Of a DNA stretch of 32,000 nucleotides, positions 1-9,054 are shown piece after piece. Origin of the DNA: Mycobacterium tuberculosis H37Rv. GTDB taxonomy: Bacteria > Actinomycetota > Actinomycetes > Mycobacteriales > Mycobacteriaceae. How positions within the stretch are numbered: the first letter of the stretch is position 1; each line of letters opens with the position of its first letter. The stretch spans positions 690,001-722,000 of the forward strand of contig NC_000962.3 of the NCBI RefSeq assembly GCF_000195955.2, written 5' to 3'. Under the pieces are notes generated by a model. The model was not told where the DNA came from, ran no database searches, and saw only the letters and a list, made by a program, of their open reading frames with translations. A program made the translations under genes and the position numbers.

Positions 1-504
1 CAGATTCTTCAGCCCTGGGTTGACGCGGCGTTCAAAAAGCGGGGCATCGACCCGGAGAACTTCTGGCGCAGTGCGGGTCTGCCGGAATTCCGCTGGCCCG
101 ACCCCAACGGCACCCGGTTCCCCAACGGCGCGCCGCCGGCGGCGCCACCGGTGCGGGAGGGTACACCCAAGCATCCGGGACCGGCCGTCCCGCCGGGAAC
201 GCCGTGCTCCTACACACCGGCGGCGGGCGCGTTGCCACGGCCCGACACCCCACTACCCTGCGCGGGCGCCACCGTTGGCCCGTTCGGTGGACCCGACTTC
301 CCGGCACCGCTCGATGTCCAGCCGTCGCCGCCTAATCCCGATGGGCCGCCGCCGACGCCGGGCATCCTAAGTGCTGGGCGGCCGGGCGAGCCGGCTCCGG
401 CTGTTCCGGGCATACCGATGCCGCTGCCGCCGAACGCGCCGCCGGGTGCACGCACCCAACCGCTTGAGCCGTTTCCTGACGGGACGGGAGGTAGCAACCA
501 ATGA
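1..504 (+). CDS. mce2C: Mce-family protein Mce2C, C-terminal part (5' end outside window)
   Basis: Open frame from base 1 (QILQPWVDAAFKKRGIDPENFWRSAGLPEFRWPDPNG...) with proline-rich tail; stop overlaps the mce2D start (ATGA at 501-504); typical mce operon order. Confidence 0.85.
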   Translation, partial: QILQPWVDAAFKKRGIDPENFWRSAGLPEFRWPDPNGTRFPNGAPPAAPPVREGTPKHPGPAVPPGTPCSYTPAAGALPRPDTPLPCAGATVGPFGGPDFPAPLDVQPSPPNPDGPPPTPGILSAGRPGEPAPAVPGIPMPLPPNAPPGARTQPLEPFPDGTGGSNQ

Positions 505-2027
505 GCACCATCTTCGACATCCGCAGCCTGCGACTGCCGAAACTGTCTGCAAAGGTAGTGGTCGTCGGCGGGTTGGTGGTGGTCTTGGCGGTCGTGGCCG
601 CTGCGGCCGGCGCGCGGCTCTACCGGAAACTGACTACCACTACCGTGGTCGCGTATTTCTCTGAGGCGCTCGCGCTGTACCCAGGAGACAAAGTCCAGAT
701 CATGGGTGTGCGGGTCGGTTCTATCGACAAGATCGAGCCGGCCGGCGACAAGATGCGAGTCACGTTGCACTACAGCAACAAATACCAGGTGCCGGCCACG
801 GCTACCGCGTCGATCCTCAACCCCAGCCTGGTGGCCTCGCGCACCATCCAGCTGTCACCGCCGTACACCGGCGGCCCGGTCTTGCAAGACGGCGCGGTGA
901 TCCCAATCGAGCGCACCCAGGTGCCCGTCGAGTGGGATCAGTTGCGCGATTCCATCAATGGGATCCTCCGCCAGCTCGGCCCGACGGAGCGGCAGCCGAA
1001 GGGGCCGTTCGGCGACCTCATCGAATCGGCCGCGGACAACCTGGCCGGCAAGGGCAGGCAGCTCAACGAAACGCTGAACAGTTTGTCGCAGGCGTTGACC
1101 GCGCTGAACGAGGGCCGGGGAGACTTCGTTGCGATCACGCGAAGCCTGGCGCTATTTGTCAGCGCGCTCTACCAGAATGATCAACAGTTCGTTGCGCTCA
1201 ACGAAAACCTTGCCGAGTTCACCGACTGGTTCACCAAATCCGACCATGACTTGGCCGACACGGTGGAACGGATCGACGACGTTCTCGGCACCGTCCGAAA
1301 GTTCGTGAGCGACAACAGATCCGTGCTGGCTGCCGATGTCAACAACCTCGCCGACGCGACCACTACACTAGTGCAACCCGAGCCGCGGGACGGTCTGGAA
1401 ACCGCGTTGCACGTGTTGCCGACCTACGCCAGCAACTTCAACAACCTTTACTATCCACTGCACAGCTCTCTGGTGGGCCAGTTCGTGTTCCCCAACTTCG
1501 CGAACCCAATTCAGCTCATTTGCAGCGCTATTCAGGCCGGCAGCCGACTCGGCTATCAGGAATCCGCCGAGCTGTGCGCGCAGTACTTGGCACCGGTTCT
1601 GGACGCTCTCAAGTTCAATTACTTGCCGTTCGGCTCAAACCCGTTCAGTTCGGCGGCCACTTTGCCCAAGGAGGTGGCTTACTCCGAGGAGCGGCTCCGC
1701 CCGCCGCCCGGGTACAAGGACACCACTGTCCCAGGGATCTTCTCGCGGGACACACCGTTTTCACACGGCAACCATGAACCGGGCTGGGTCGTTGCGCCCG
1801 GGATGCAGGGTATGCAGGTTCAGCCGTTTACCGCGAACATGCTCACCCCGGAATCGCTGGCAGAGCTGCTGGGTGGTCCGGATATTGCCCCCCCGCCGCC
1901 GGGAACCAACTTGCCCGGACCGCCGAATGCGTATGACGAGTCCAATCCGTTGCCGCCGCCGTGGTACCCGCAGCCCGCGTCCCTCCCGGCTGCGGGCGCC
2001 ACAGGACAGCCAGGCCCGGGCCAGTGA
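501..2027 (+). CDS. mce2D: Mce-family protein Mce2D (MlaD-domain substrate-binding protein)
   Basis: 508 aa; N-terminal TM, MCE domain (VVAYFSEALALYPGDKVQIMGVRVGSIDKIEP), proline-rich tail; position between mce2C and lprL. Confidence 0.93.
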   Translation: MSTIFDIRSLRLPKLSAKVVVVGGLVVVLAVVAAAAGARLYRKLTTTTVVAYFSEALALYPGDKVQIMGVRVGSIDKIEPAGDKMRVTLHYSNKYQVPATATASILNPSLVASRTIQLSPPYTGGPVLQDGAVIPIERTQVPVEWDQLRDSINGILRQLGPTERQPKGPFGDLIESAADNLAGKGRQLNETLNSLSQALTALNEGRGDFVAITRSLALFVSALYQNDQQFVALNENLAEFTDWFTKSDHDLADTVERIDDVLGTVRKFVSDNRSVLAADVNNLADATTTLVQPEPRDGLETALHVLPTYASNFNNLYYPLHSSLVGQFVFPNFANPIQLICSAIQAGSRLGYQESAELCAQYLAPVLDALKFNYLPFGSNPFSSAATLPKEVAYSEERLRPPPGYKDTTVPGIFSRDTPFSHGNHEPGWVVAPGMQGMQVQPFTANMLTPESLAELLGGPDIAPPPPGTNLPGPPNAYDESNPLPPPWYPQPASLPAAGATGQPGPGQ

Positions 2028-3232
2028 GGTGCGGCGTGAGCGCGGGTAGCGCGAACGGCAAGCCGAACCGTTGGACCCTGAGGTGCGGCGTGAGCGCGGG
2101 TCACCGTGGATCGGTGTTCTTGCTGGCGGTCTTGCTGGCCCCGGTGGTTTTGACTTCGTGTACCTGGCGTGGCATCGCCAATGTGCCGCTGCCGGTCGGC
2201 CGGGGTATGGGTCCGGATCGCATGACGATCTACGTGCAGATGCCTGACACGCTGGCGCTGAACACTAACAGCCGGGTCAGGGTTGCCGACGTCTGGGTCG
2301 GTACGGTGCGTGACATCAGCCTGAGGAACTGGATCGCGACCCTGACGCTGGAGCTCGAGCCGACCGTGCGGCTACCGGCAAATGCGACCGCGAAGATCGG
2401 CCAGACCAGCCTGTTAGGCACACAACATGTCGAGCTGGCCGCACCGCCAATCCCGTCACCGCAGCCGCTGAAAAGCGGCGACACCATCGGCCTGAAGAAC
2501 TCCTCGGCCTACCCTACCGTCGAACGGACCTTGGCCAGCGTCGCGTTGATCCTCACCGGCGGCGGCATCGTCAACCTCGACGTGATTCAAACCGAGATCC
2601 TCAACATCCTTGACGGCCATGCCGGTCAGATTCGCGAATTCCTCGAGCGGCTAGCCACTTTCACCGCCGAGCTGAACAACCAACGCGGCGATCTGACTCG
2701 CGCAATCGACTCAACCAACCAACTCCTGACCATCATCGCCAACCGCAACGACACGCTGGATCGGGTGCTCACTGACGTCCCACCGCTGATCGAGCATTTC
2801 GCCGACACCGGTCAGCTGTTCGCTGACGCCACCGAATCCTTGGGGCGGTTCAGCGAAGTCGCCAACCGGGCGCTGGCGGCTACCCGGCCTAACCTTCACC
2901 AGACGCTGCAGTCGTTGCAGCGGCCGTTAAGGCAATTGGAACGGGCTTCGCCGTATGTGGTCGGCGCGTTGAAGCTAGGCCTCACCGCTCCGTTCAACAT
3001 CGACGAGGTGCCAAACGTTATCCGCGGCGACTACGTCAACGTGTCCGCGACGTTCGACGTGACGCTTTCTGCACTCGACAACGCACTGCTGAGCGGAACG
3101 GGCATCTCGGGAATGTTGCGTGCGCTCGAGCAGGCGTGGGGACGGGATCCGGACACCATGATCCCGGATGTCCGCTACACGCCGAACCCGAATGACGCGC
3201 CGGGCGGACCGCTGGTGGAAAGGGCTGAGTGA
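2024..3232 (+). CDS. lprL: Mce-family lipoprotein LprL (Mce2E)
   Basis: 402 aa from GTG 2024; signal peptide with lipobox VVLTSC; MCE domain. Start may instead be the in-frame GTG at 2090. Confidence 0.92.
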   Translation: MRCGVSAGSANGKPNRWTLRCGVSAGHRGSVFLLAVLLAPVVLTSCTWRGIANVPLPVGRGMGPDRMTIYVQMPDTLALNTNSRVRVADVWVGTVRDISLRNWIATLTLELEPTVRLPANATAKIGQTSLLGTQHVELAAPPIPSPQPLKSGDTIGLKNSSAYPTVERTLASVALILTGGGIVNLDVIQTEILNILDGHAGQIREFLERLATFTAELNNQRGDLTRAIDSTNQLLTIIANRNDTLDRVLTDVPPLIEHFADTGQLFADATESLGRFSEVANRALAATRPNLHQTLQSLQRPLRQLERASPYVVGALKLGLTAPFNIDEVPNVIRGDYVNVSATFDVTLSALDNALLSGTGISGMLRALEQAWGRDPDTMIPDVRYTPNPNDAPGGPLVERAE

Positions 3233-3236
3233 GGAG

Positions 3237-4787
3237 ATGCTGACTCGCGCTATCAAGACCCAGCTGGTGTTGTTGACGGTGTTGGCGGTCATCGCGGTGG
3301 TGGTCCTTGGTTGGTATTTCCTGCGGATACCCAGCCTGGTCGGCATCGGTCGATACACGCTTTATGCCGAATTGCCTCGGTCCGGGGGTCTATACCGAAC
3401 AGCCAACGTCACATATCGGGGCATCACCATAGGGAAGGTCACCGGCGTCGAACCAACCGAGCGGGGCGCGCGAGCAACCATGAGCATCGACAATGGCTAC
3501 CAGATCCCCACCGACGCCTCGGCCAATGTGCACTCAGTGTCGGCGGTCGGCGAGCAGTTCGTTGACCTGGTGTCGACCCGCACCAGCGGTCCGTATCTGC
3601 GGCATGGGCAGACGATCACCACGACTACGGTCCCCAGCCAGATTGGCCCGGCGCTGGACGCCGCCAACCGTGGATTGGCAGTGCTGCCCAAAGACCGGGT
3701 CGCGTCGGTGCTGCACGAGGCGTCGGAGGCCGTGGGCGGGCTGGGATCCTCACTGAATCGCCTCATCGAAGCCACCCAGGCAATCGCCCACGATGTCAGG
3801 GGCAGCCTCGAGGACATCGACGACATCATCGAGCGTTCGGCGCCTATCATCGATAGCCAGGTCAATTCCGGCAACGAGATCGCCCGCTGGGCCGCCAACC
3901 TCAACACGCTGGCCGCTCAGACCGCGCAGACCGATCCGGCGGTGCGAAGCATTCTGGCCAACGCGGCACCGACTGCCGATCAGGTCAACGCCACGTTCAG
4001 CGACGTGCGGGAGTCGTTGCCGCAGACGCTGGCCAATCTCGAGGTCGTAATCGATATGCTCAAGCGCTACCACAACGGCGTCGAGCAGGCGTTGGTGTTC
4101 TTGCCGCAGTCCGGCGCGATCGCCCAGTCGGTTACTACAGAGTTCCCCGGCCAGGCCGGACTGGGTGTCGGCGGCCTGGCGCTCAACCAACCACCGCCGT
4201 GCCTGACCGGCTTCCTGCCGGCGTCGGAGTGGCGGTCACCTGCTGACACCAGCACCGCACCGCTACCCAAGGGCACCTACTGCAGGATTCCGATGGACGC
4301 GAGCAATGTGGTTCGTGGAGCACGCAACAACCCGTGTGTAGACGTGCCCGGCAAGCGGGCGGCGACCCCGCGGGAATGCCGCAGCAATGAAGCTTATGTG
4401 CCCGGGGGCACCAATCCCTGGTATGGGGACCCCAACCAGATGCTCAGCTGTCCCGCGCCGGCCGCGCGTTGTGACCAGCCGGTGAAGCCAGGCCAGGTGA
4501 TCCCGGCGCCGTCAGTTAACAATGGCATCAACCCGCTGCCCGCCGATCAGCTGCCAGGCACACCTCCACCGGTCAACGATCCTTTGCAGCGACCTGGGTC
4601 AGGCACCGTCCAGTGCAATGGGCAACAACCCAACCCGTGCGTCTACACCCCGAGCACATTTCCTACAACCATTTACGACGTGCAGAGCGGCAAAGTCGTA
4701 GCACCCGACGGTGTGGTGTATTCCGTTGAGGCTTCGACTCATGCCGGAGCCGACGGATGGAAGGTGATGCTGGCACCAACCGGCTGA
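3237..4787 (+). CDS. mce2F: Mce-family protein Mce2F
   Basis: 516 aa from ATG 3237; MCE domain (LYAELPRSGGLYRTANVTYRGITIGKVTGVEPT); last gene of the mce operon. Confidence 0.92.
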   Translation: MLTRAIKTQLVLLTVLAVIAVVVLGWYFLRIPSLVGIGRYTLYAELPRSGGLYRTANVTYRGITIGKVTGVEPTERGARATMSIDNGYQIPTDASANVHSVSAVGEQFVDLVSTRTSGPYLRHGQTITTTTVPSQIGPALDAANRGLAVLPKDRVASVLHEASEAVGGLGSSLNRLIEATQAIAHDVRGSLEDIDDIIERSAPIIDSQVNSGNEIARWAANLNTLAAQTAQTDPAVRSILANAAPTADQVNATFSDVRESLPQTLANLEVVIDMLKRYHNGVEQALVFLPQSGAIAQSVTTEFPGQAGLGVGGLALNQPPPCLTGFLPASEWRSPADTSTAPLPKGTYCRIPMDASNVVRGARNNPCVDVPGKRAATPRECRSNEAYVPGGTNPWYGDPNQMLSCPAPAARCDQPVKPGQVIPAPSVNNGINPLPADQLPGTPPPVNDPLQRPGSGTVQCNGQQPNPCVYTPSTFPTTIYDVQSGKVVAPDGVVYSVEASTHAGADGWKVMLAPTG

Positions 4788-4838
4788 GCCGGCGCGATCA
4801 GGTACCGGCGGATTCGCGCTGGTCAAGAAAGGCAACCG

Positions 4839-5231
4839 TCAGATCGTTATGACCTCGACGTCGGGCATGGCGGCGTAGTCGTTGTCTTGGGTCAGGATCG
4901 CAATGCCGTGCGCCACGGCTGTGGCCGCAATCCAGCTGTCGTTGATCGGCACGCGCAGTTTGGCGGCGCGCAGCTTGGACACCAGTAATGCCCATGCTTC
5001 GGAGACCGCCTCGTCGATGCCTAGTGGTTCGAACCGTTGCGCAAGCTGGTAGGTGGAGAGCCGACGTGCGGCGGCCTCGGGGCCGGAGGCTTGCAACACC
5101 CCGAGCCGCAGCTCGCCGAGTGTGACTACCGAGACGCCCCATTCGTATCCCGCAAACCGGTCCGGGTCGAATCGTGTCGCCTCGATGCCAATGAAAACGG
5201 ATGTGTCGGCGAGGGCGCGCCGTACGTTCAC
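4839..5231 (-). CDS. vapC4: PIN-domain toxin VapC4
   Basis: 130 aa from GTG 5231; PIN motifs ADTSVFIG, LGELRLGV, DSWIAATAVAHGIAILTQDNDYA; overlaps vapB4 by 4 bp. Confidence 0.9.
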   Translation of the reverse strand: MNVRRALADTSVFIGIEATRFDPDRFAGYEWGVSVVTLGELRLGVLQASGPEAAARRLSTYQLAQRFEPLGIDEAVSEAWALLVSKLRAAKLRVPINDSWIAATAVAHGIAILTQDNDYAAMPDVEVITI

Positions 5232-5485
5232 CACCGCACATCGTCCGTGGTTTGCGTCAGCGTCTCTCGCAGCTCCTCGCCCAGATTGGTGGTATCGGGG
5301 CCCAAGCGCACCAGTTCGCCGATCACCTCGGCAGCTGGCAACCATTGGCGGCGCCGCTTGAGCGGAACGATGCGCGCTACGGGGCGATTGTCCTTGAGCA
5401 CCTCGATTTCCTCGCCGGCGGCAACTCGCCGCAGTACCTCGGCGGTGTGGTTGCGAAGATCGCGAGCGGGTATCGTAGCAGACAT
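5228..5485 (-). CDS. vapB4: Phd/YefM-type antitoxin VapB4
   Basis: 85 aa MSATIPARDLRNHTAEVLRRVAAGEEIEVLKDNRPVARIVP; Phd-like antitoxin immediately upstream of a PIN toxin. Confidence 0.9.
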   Translation of the reverse strand: MSATIPARDLRNHTAEVLRRVAAGEEIEVLKDNRPVARIVPLKRRRQWLPAAEVIGELVRLGPDTTNLGEELRETLTQTTDDVRW

Positions 5486-5492
5486 GCTACGA
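5473..5492. promoter_or_regulatory. Candidate VapBC4 operator: perfect 8-bp inverted repeat TCGTAGCA-gaca-TGCTACGA over the vapB4 start codon
   Basis: Read directly from sequence; arms 5473-5480 and 5485-5492, vapB4 start codon at 5483-5485. Confidence 0.5.
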
Positions 5493-5667
5493 GTGTAGCG
5501 GAGCTGCTGTCGCGCCGCCTCGTCTCGATGTCTGCGGTCACGATCTCCGCAGGTTACGGCCGCTGCTGTGCCCGCAGTCGCCCGCGATGGTGGGCCCGTC
5601 GGGGTAGATTGCGAGCGCGCCCGGACGGAGGCCGCCGATGCCGAAGTGCCGTGATTTGTTCGAAGAG

Positions 5668-6903
5668 TTAGCCGGCCCAGAGCGTGCTAACGGGTAACGC
5701 CGCGAGCGTTGGGCCGAACGGGGTGGCTTCCGGCGCGGCGGTGAGCAGCACGCCGAACTGAAATCGATCATCGAGCCGCTCGGCCAGATAACGTAGGCCA
5801 CGCAGGTCCTCGGCTCGCGGCGTGCTGGTCGCCTTGACCTCGATGCCGCAGACCCGACCATCGGGATGTTCGAGCACCAGATCGACCTCGGCGCCGCCGC
5901 GGTCGCGAAAATGCCACAGACTCGGCCGTTCGGTCGACCAGGTGAGCTGTTTGCGAATCTCGTTCGCCACGAAAGTCTCCAGTAGCGGGCCGAGTGGACG
6001 GCCGGGGCGATCCAGCGTCGCACCGGTAACGCCGAGCAGGTGACACGCCAGGCCACTGTCCGAGACCACCAGTTTCGGTCGGCGAATCACCTTGCGGCTC
6101 AGGTTGGTCGACCAGGCCGGCACCCGGTGGATAAGGAACGCCGCTTCCAGCAGGGCCAGATAGCCAGCGGTGGTGCGAGCCGGGATCGACAGGTCGTTCG
6201 CCAGTGCGCTCACGTTGAGCTCGGCGCCGGTACGCGCGGCGCAGAGCCGAAGCACACGCGGCATTTCGGCAAGCCGCTCGATCGGCGAAATCTCGCGGAT
6301 CACCGACTGCGTCGCCGTCGTGAGATAGTTGTCGAACCACGCGCGACGCCTCGACGGCGATCGGGCGACGATGTCCGGGAAGCCTCCGGTGGCGATCCTG
6401 TCGACCAGATCGGCGCGGCGCATATCGGAGCCGTGGATCAGCTCGCGTGGTGCGGTGAACAGCGCATCGACGAAACCGTCCGCGATTCCGGCCCGCTCAC
6501 CTTGCGAGAACGGCCAGAGTTCGATGATTTCGACCCGCCCGACGAGCGCGTCGGCCATGTCAGGAGCCGAGAGCAGCCTCGCTGAACCCGTGAGCAGGAA
6601 CCTGCCCGGCCTGCGATCCCGGTCGACCTCTGCCTTGATCGCCCGAAACAGCCCCGGCTCGAGCTGGGCTTCGTCGATGACGAGCGTGTCCACCGGCCGG
6701 GATACGAATGCGCGGGGATCGTCGCGGGCGGCGTCGCGGTTGGCGACGTCGTCAAGCGAGACGACTTCGCTGGATCCCGGATAGTCAAGTCGCGCGACCA
6801 GTGTTGTTTTGCCGACCTGACGCGCGCCGTTGACAACGACGACCGGGGTGTCGGCGAGCGCGGCCAGCACCGAGGGCGCGATCGCGCGTTCGACGACTCC
6901 CAT
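5668..6903 (-). CDS. AAA ATPase with C-terminal DUF4143 (Rv0597c-like)
   Basis: 411 aa; Walker A-like VNGARQVGKTTLV, Walker B VDTLVIDEAQ, GRFLLTGSARLL, C-terminal LLETFVANEIRKQL...LWHFRDRGGAEVDLVLE typical of DUF4143. Confidence 0.88.
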   Translation of the reverse strand: MGVVERAIAPSVLAALADTPVVVVNGARQVGKTTLVARLDYPGSSEVVSLDDVANRDAARDDPRAFVSRPVDTLVIDEAQLEPGLFRAIKAEVDRDRRPGRFLLTGSARLLSAPDMADALVGRVEIIELWPFSQGERAGIADGFVDALFTAPRELIHGSDMRRADLVDRIATGGFPDIVARSPSRRRAWFDNYLTTATQSVIREISPIERLAEMPRVLRLCAARTGAELNVSALANDLSIPARTTAGYLALLEAAFLIHRVPAWSTNLSRKVIRRPKLVVSDSGLACHLLGVTGATLDRPGRPLGPLLETFVANEIRKQLTWSTERPSLWHFRDRGGAEVDLVLEHPDGRVCGIEVKATSTPRAEDLRGLRYLAERLDDRFQFGVLLTAAPEATPFGPTLAALPVSTLWAG

Positions 6904-6974
6904 GCGGACAGAATACGCTGCCGATTTGTCTACCTATTGGCTGCCGATTCGTCCCCATTAGCGGTGCGGATTAG

Positions 6975-7193
6975 TCCACATCATCGCTGCGGATCCGTCC
7001 GACGGCGGCCCTGAGCCACGTGGCCGACGAAGAACGCTCGGAGGCGCTGCTGCGGGAGCGCTCGCTGCACTACGTGGCCAGTAGCCGGGCGGGGGACATG
7101 TTGGTGGTGACCTGGAGCGGACAGCGGTCGGAGTTGTTGAGTCAGCTGAAGATTCACGCGGCGACAACGACGTGGACGCCGATCTTTTCGTAA
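6975..7193 (+). pseudogene. C-terminal remnant of a UvrD/Rep-type SF1 helicase
   Basis: Open from just after a TAG at 6972 to TAA 7191-7193: ...PTAALSHVADEERSEALLRERSLHYVASSRAGDMLVVTWSGQRSELLSQL; resembles the SF1A motif VI region (ER.LLYVA.TRA.D.LVV). Confidence 0.55.
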
Positions 7194-7567
7194 GTGTCCT
7201 TGGCTCGAGCATCGCGTGTGGCGAGTTCAGCCCGGTGCTCGGCGGCGGCAAGGGCCACGAGAGCGTCATAGACCGCGCCACCAGTGATCTCGAATTGGGC
7301 CAGCACGCGTGGGAGATGTTCAGTGGTGCGGGAACTCAACAACAGCGGTGCCGCAAAGCGTTCGGTAAGAAGCCGCGCGGCGTCCATCGGTGCCAGTCGT
7401 AGGTCACGCGGCAGGCGGGTCAGCACGGAGTAGGTTTCGGCCAGGGCGTGCCCGCACAGCGCGGCCTCCCGATGTGCCCACCAGGCGACAACCGCCGCAT
7501 GCGCGGTATGGGTCCGTACCAGCAACGGAATCGCGACGCTGGTGTCCACTGCCAGCGGCGGTTTCAC
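7154..7567 (-). CDS. vapC27: PIN-domain toxin VapC27
   Basis: 137 aa [30 protein letters not shown]...[27 protein letters not shown]; PIN motifs; overlaps vapB27. Confidence 0.9.
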
Positions 7568-7800
7568 TTCCGGCCGCTATCGATAAGGCCGAACACGACC
7601 TCATCGTCGATCGTGGTCTCACCGGTGGCCACCAGTACGCCATTCTCCTCTTCGAGACGCGCTGTTCGTCCGGTGGGAATCAGGTGGAGACCAGCGCCAT
7701 AGCGGGATATTTCCACGGTGGACCCCGGTTGCAGCCCCAAGGCTTCGCGCAGCGGTTTGGGTACGACGATGCGGCCAGCCGCATCCACAACAGCCTTCAT
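7564..7800 (-). CDS. vapB27: AbrB/MazE-type antitoxin VapB27
   Basis: 78 aa from internal ATG: [40 protein letters not shown], a SpoVT-AbrB fold. Confidence 0.88.
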
Positions 7801-7903
7801 GGGAATACGATACCAATGGCTTCCCACTCAGGTGCGGAAGTCGACTCACCGCCGTTACCACGACCCCGACGACCACACCGTCAGCTGCGGCGCGGCGTGG
7901 CGA

Positions 7904-8410
7904 CTATTGGTCGCTAGTGTCGTGCTCCCGATTCGGGTCCTTTGTATCTGATGACGTGATCCGCGGAAGCTCCTCGTGGAAGGGCGGCCGCGGTGTGGGG
8001 AGGGTGATGCGGAGTTCGGCCCCGCCGTCGGGGTGGTTGGTGGCGTTGGCATGTCCGCCGTGGGTGGTGGTGAGGGCGGCGACGATGGCCAGGCCGAGGC
8101 CGCTGCCGCGACCGCCGCGGGCGGTGTCGGCGCGGGTGAATCGGTCGAAGGCGACGGGAAGAAAGTGGTCGGCGAATCCGGGGCCGTGGTCGCGGACGCC
8201 GATGTCGACTGCACCGTCGCGGGCGTGCGCGGTGACAGCGATTTCACCGTCCCCGTGGGTGATGGCGTTGTCGAGCACGGCGGTGAGGATTCGGCGCAGG
8301 TGGTCCGGATCGATCGAGACGAACAGGTCCGGTTCCGCGCGTGTGGTGATGTCCGCTCCAGTAGCGGCGAAGCGGGCCACGCTCTCGTGCAGCAGGGGAG
8401 TGATCGGCAC
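7904..8410 (-). CDS. Histidine kinase ATPase-domain protein (Rv0600c-like; 3' half of a split kinase)
   Basis: From GTG 8410: VPITPLLHESVARFAATGADITT...HLRRILTAVLDNAITHGDGEIAVTA...DHGPGFAD...GRGSGLGLAIVAALTTTHGG (N, G1, G2 boxes). Same frame carries kinase-like sequence upstream to about 8557. Confidence 0.85.
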   Translation of the reverse strand: MPITPLLHESVARFAATGADITTRAEPDLFVSIDPDHLRRILTAVLDNAITHGDGEIAVTAHARDGAVDIGVRDHGPGFADHFLPVAFDRFTRADTARGGRGSGLGLAIVAALTTTHGGHANATNHPDGGAELRITLPTPRPPFHEELPRITSSDTKDPNREHDTSDQ

Positions 8411-8523
8411 CGCTTTGGCGGAGGGGTGGGATTCGGGGCGGTCGGCGCGGGCCAGGGTGAGCAGTTGGTCGGCCAGTCCGCTGAGCCGGCGGGTTTCTTC
8501 GAGCGCGGAGCGCAGGGCGGCGC

Positions 8524-9054
8524 TCAGCTGGTCGGCGGGTCTGGGCCGGCGCAGCGCAGTTCGAGTTCGGTGGTCAGCAGTGCCAACGGGGTGCGTAATT
8601 CGTGGCTGGCGTCGGCGACGAACTGTTGTTCGTGGGCGAGGGCCCGTTGCAGTCGGGTGAGCATGGTGTTGAGAGTCGTTGCTAGCCAAGCGATCTCGTC
8701 GTCGGTGGGAGGTACCGGCAGCGGCGCGTCGGTGTCGGGGTGCGGCGTGGTGGTCAGTGTTTGCGCCGCCGCGCGGATCCGGTCGACGGGCCGCAGCGCG
8801 GCGCGGCTGAGCAGGTAGGCGGCCACCGCGGCGATGACGAGCACGATCGGCAGGATGGTCACCAATTCCCGGACCAGATCGGCGGTGATGTCGTCGGTGA
8901 GCCCGCGCAGCGCGCCATCGGGGTCGGCTTCGTGAGCGGCGTCGCGGAACTGGACGACGGTGACGGCGCCGGCTGCTGCCAGAACGAGCGCCATGGCGGC
9001 GCTGAAGACGAGGGTGAGTCGCCATCGGATGGGCCACTCAGCGGGGGAGCGCAT
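8524..9054 (-). CDS. Histidine kinase sensor/HAMP/DHp protein (Rv0601c-like; 5' half of a split kinase)
   Basis: TM segments, HAMP-like region, H-box FVADASHELRTPLALLTTELEL, then a premature stop; start overlaps tcrA stop. Confidence 0.85.
   Translation of the reverse strand: MRSPAEWPIRWRLTLVFSAAMALVLAAAGAVTVVQFRDAAHEADPDGALRGLTDDITADLVRELVTILPIVLVIAAVAAYLLSRAALRPVDRIRAAAQTLTTTPHPDTDAPLPVPPTDDEIAWLATTLNTMLTRLQRALAHEQQFVADASHELRTPLALLTTELELRCAGPDPPTS

Noticed and set aside
5538-6056. 172-aa minus-strand ORF overlapping the ATPase 3' end
   Set aside because: Mostly a shadow frame of the DUF4143 ATPase; no domain.
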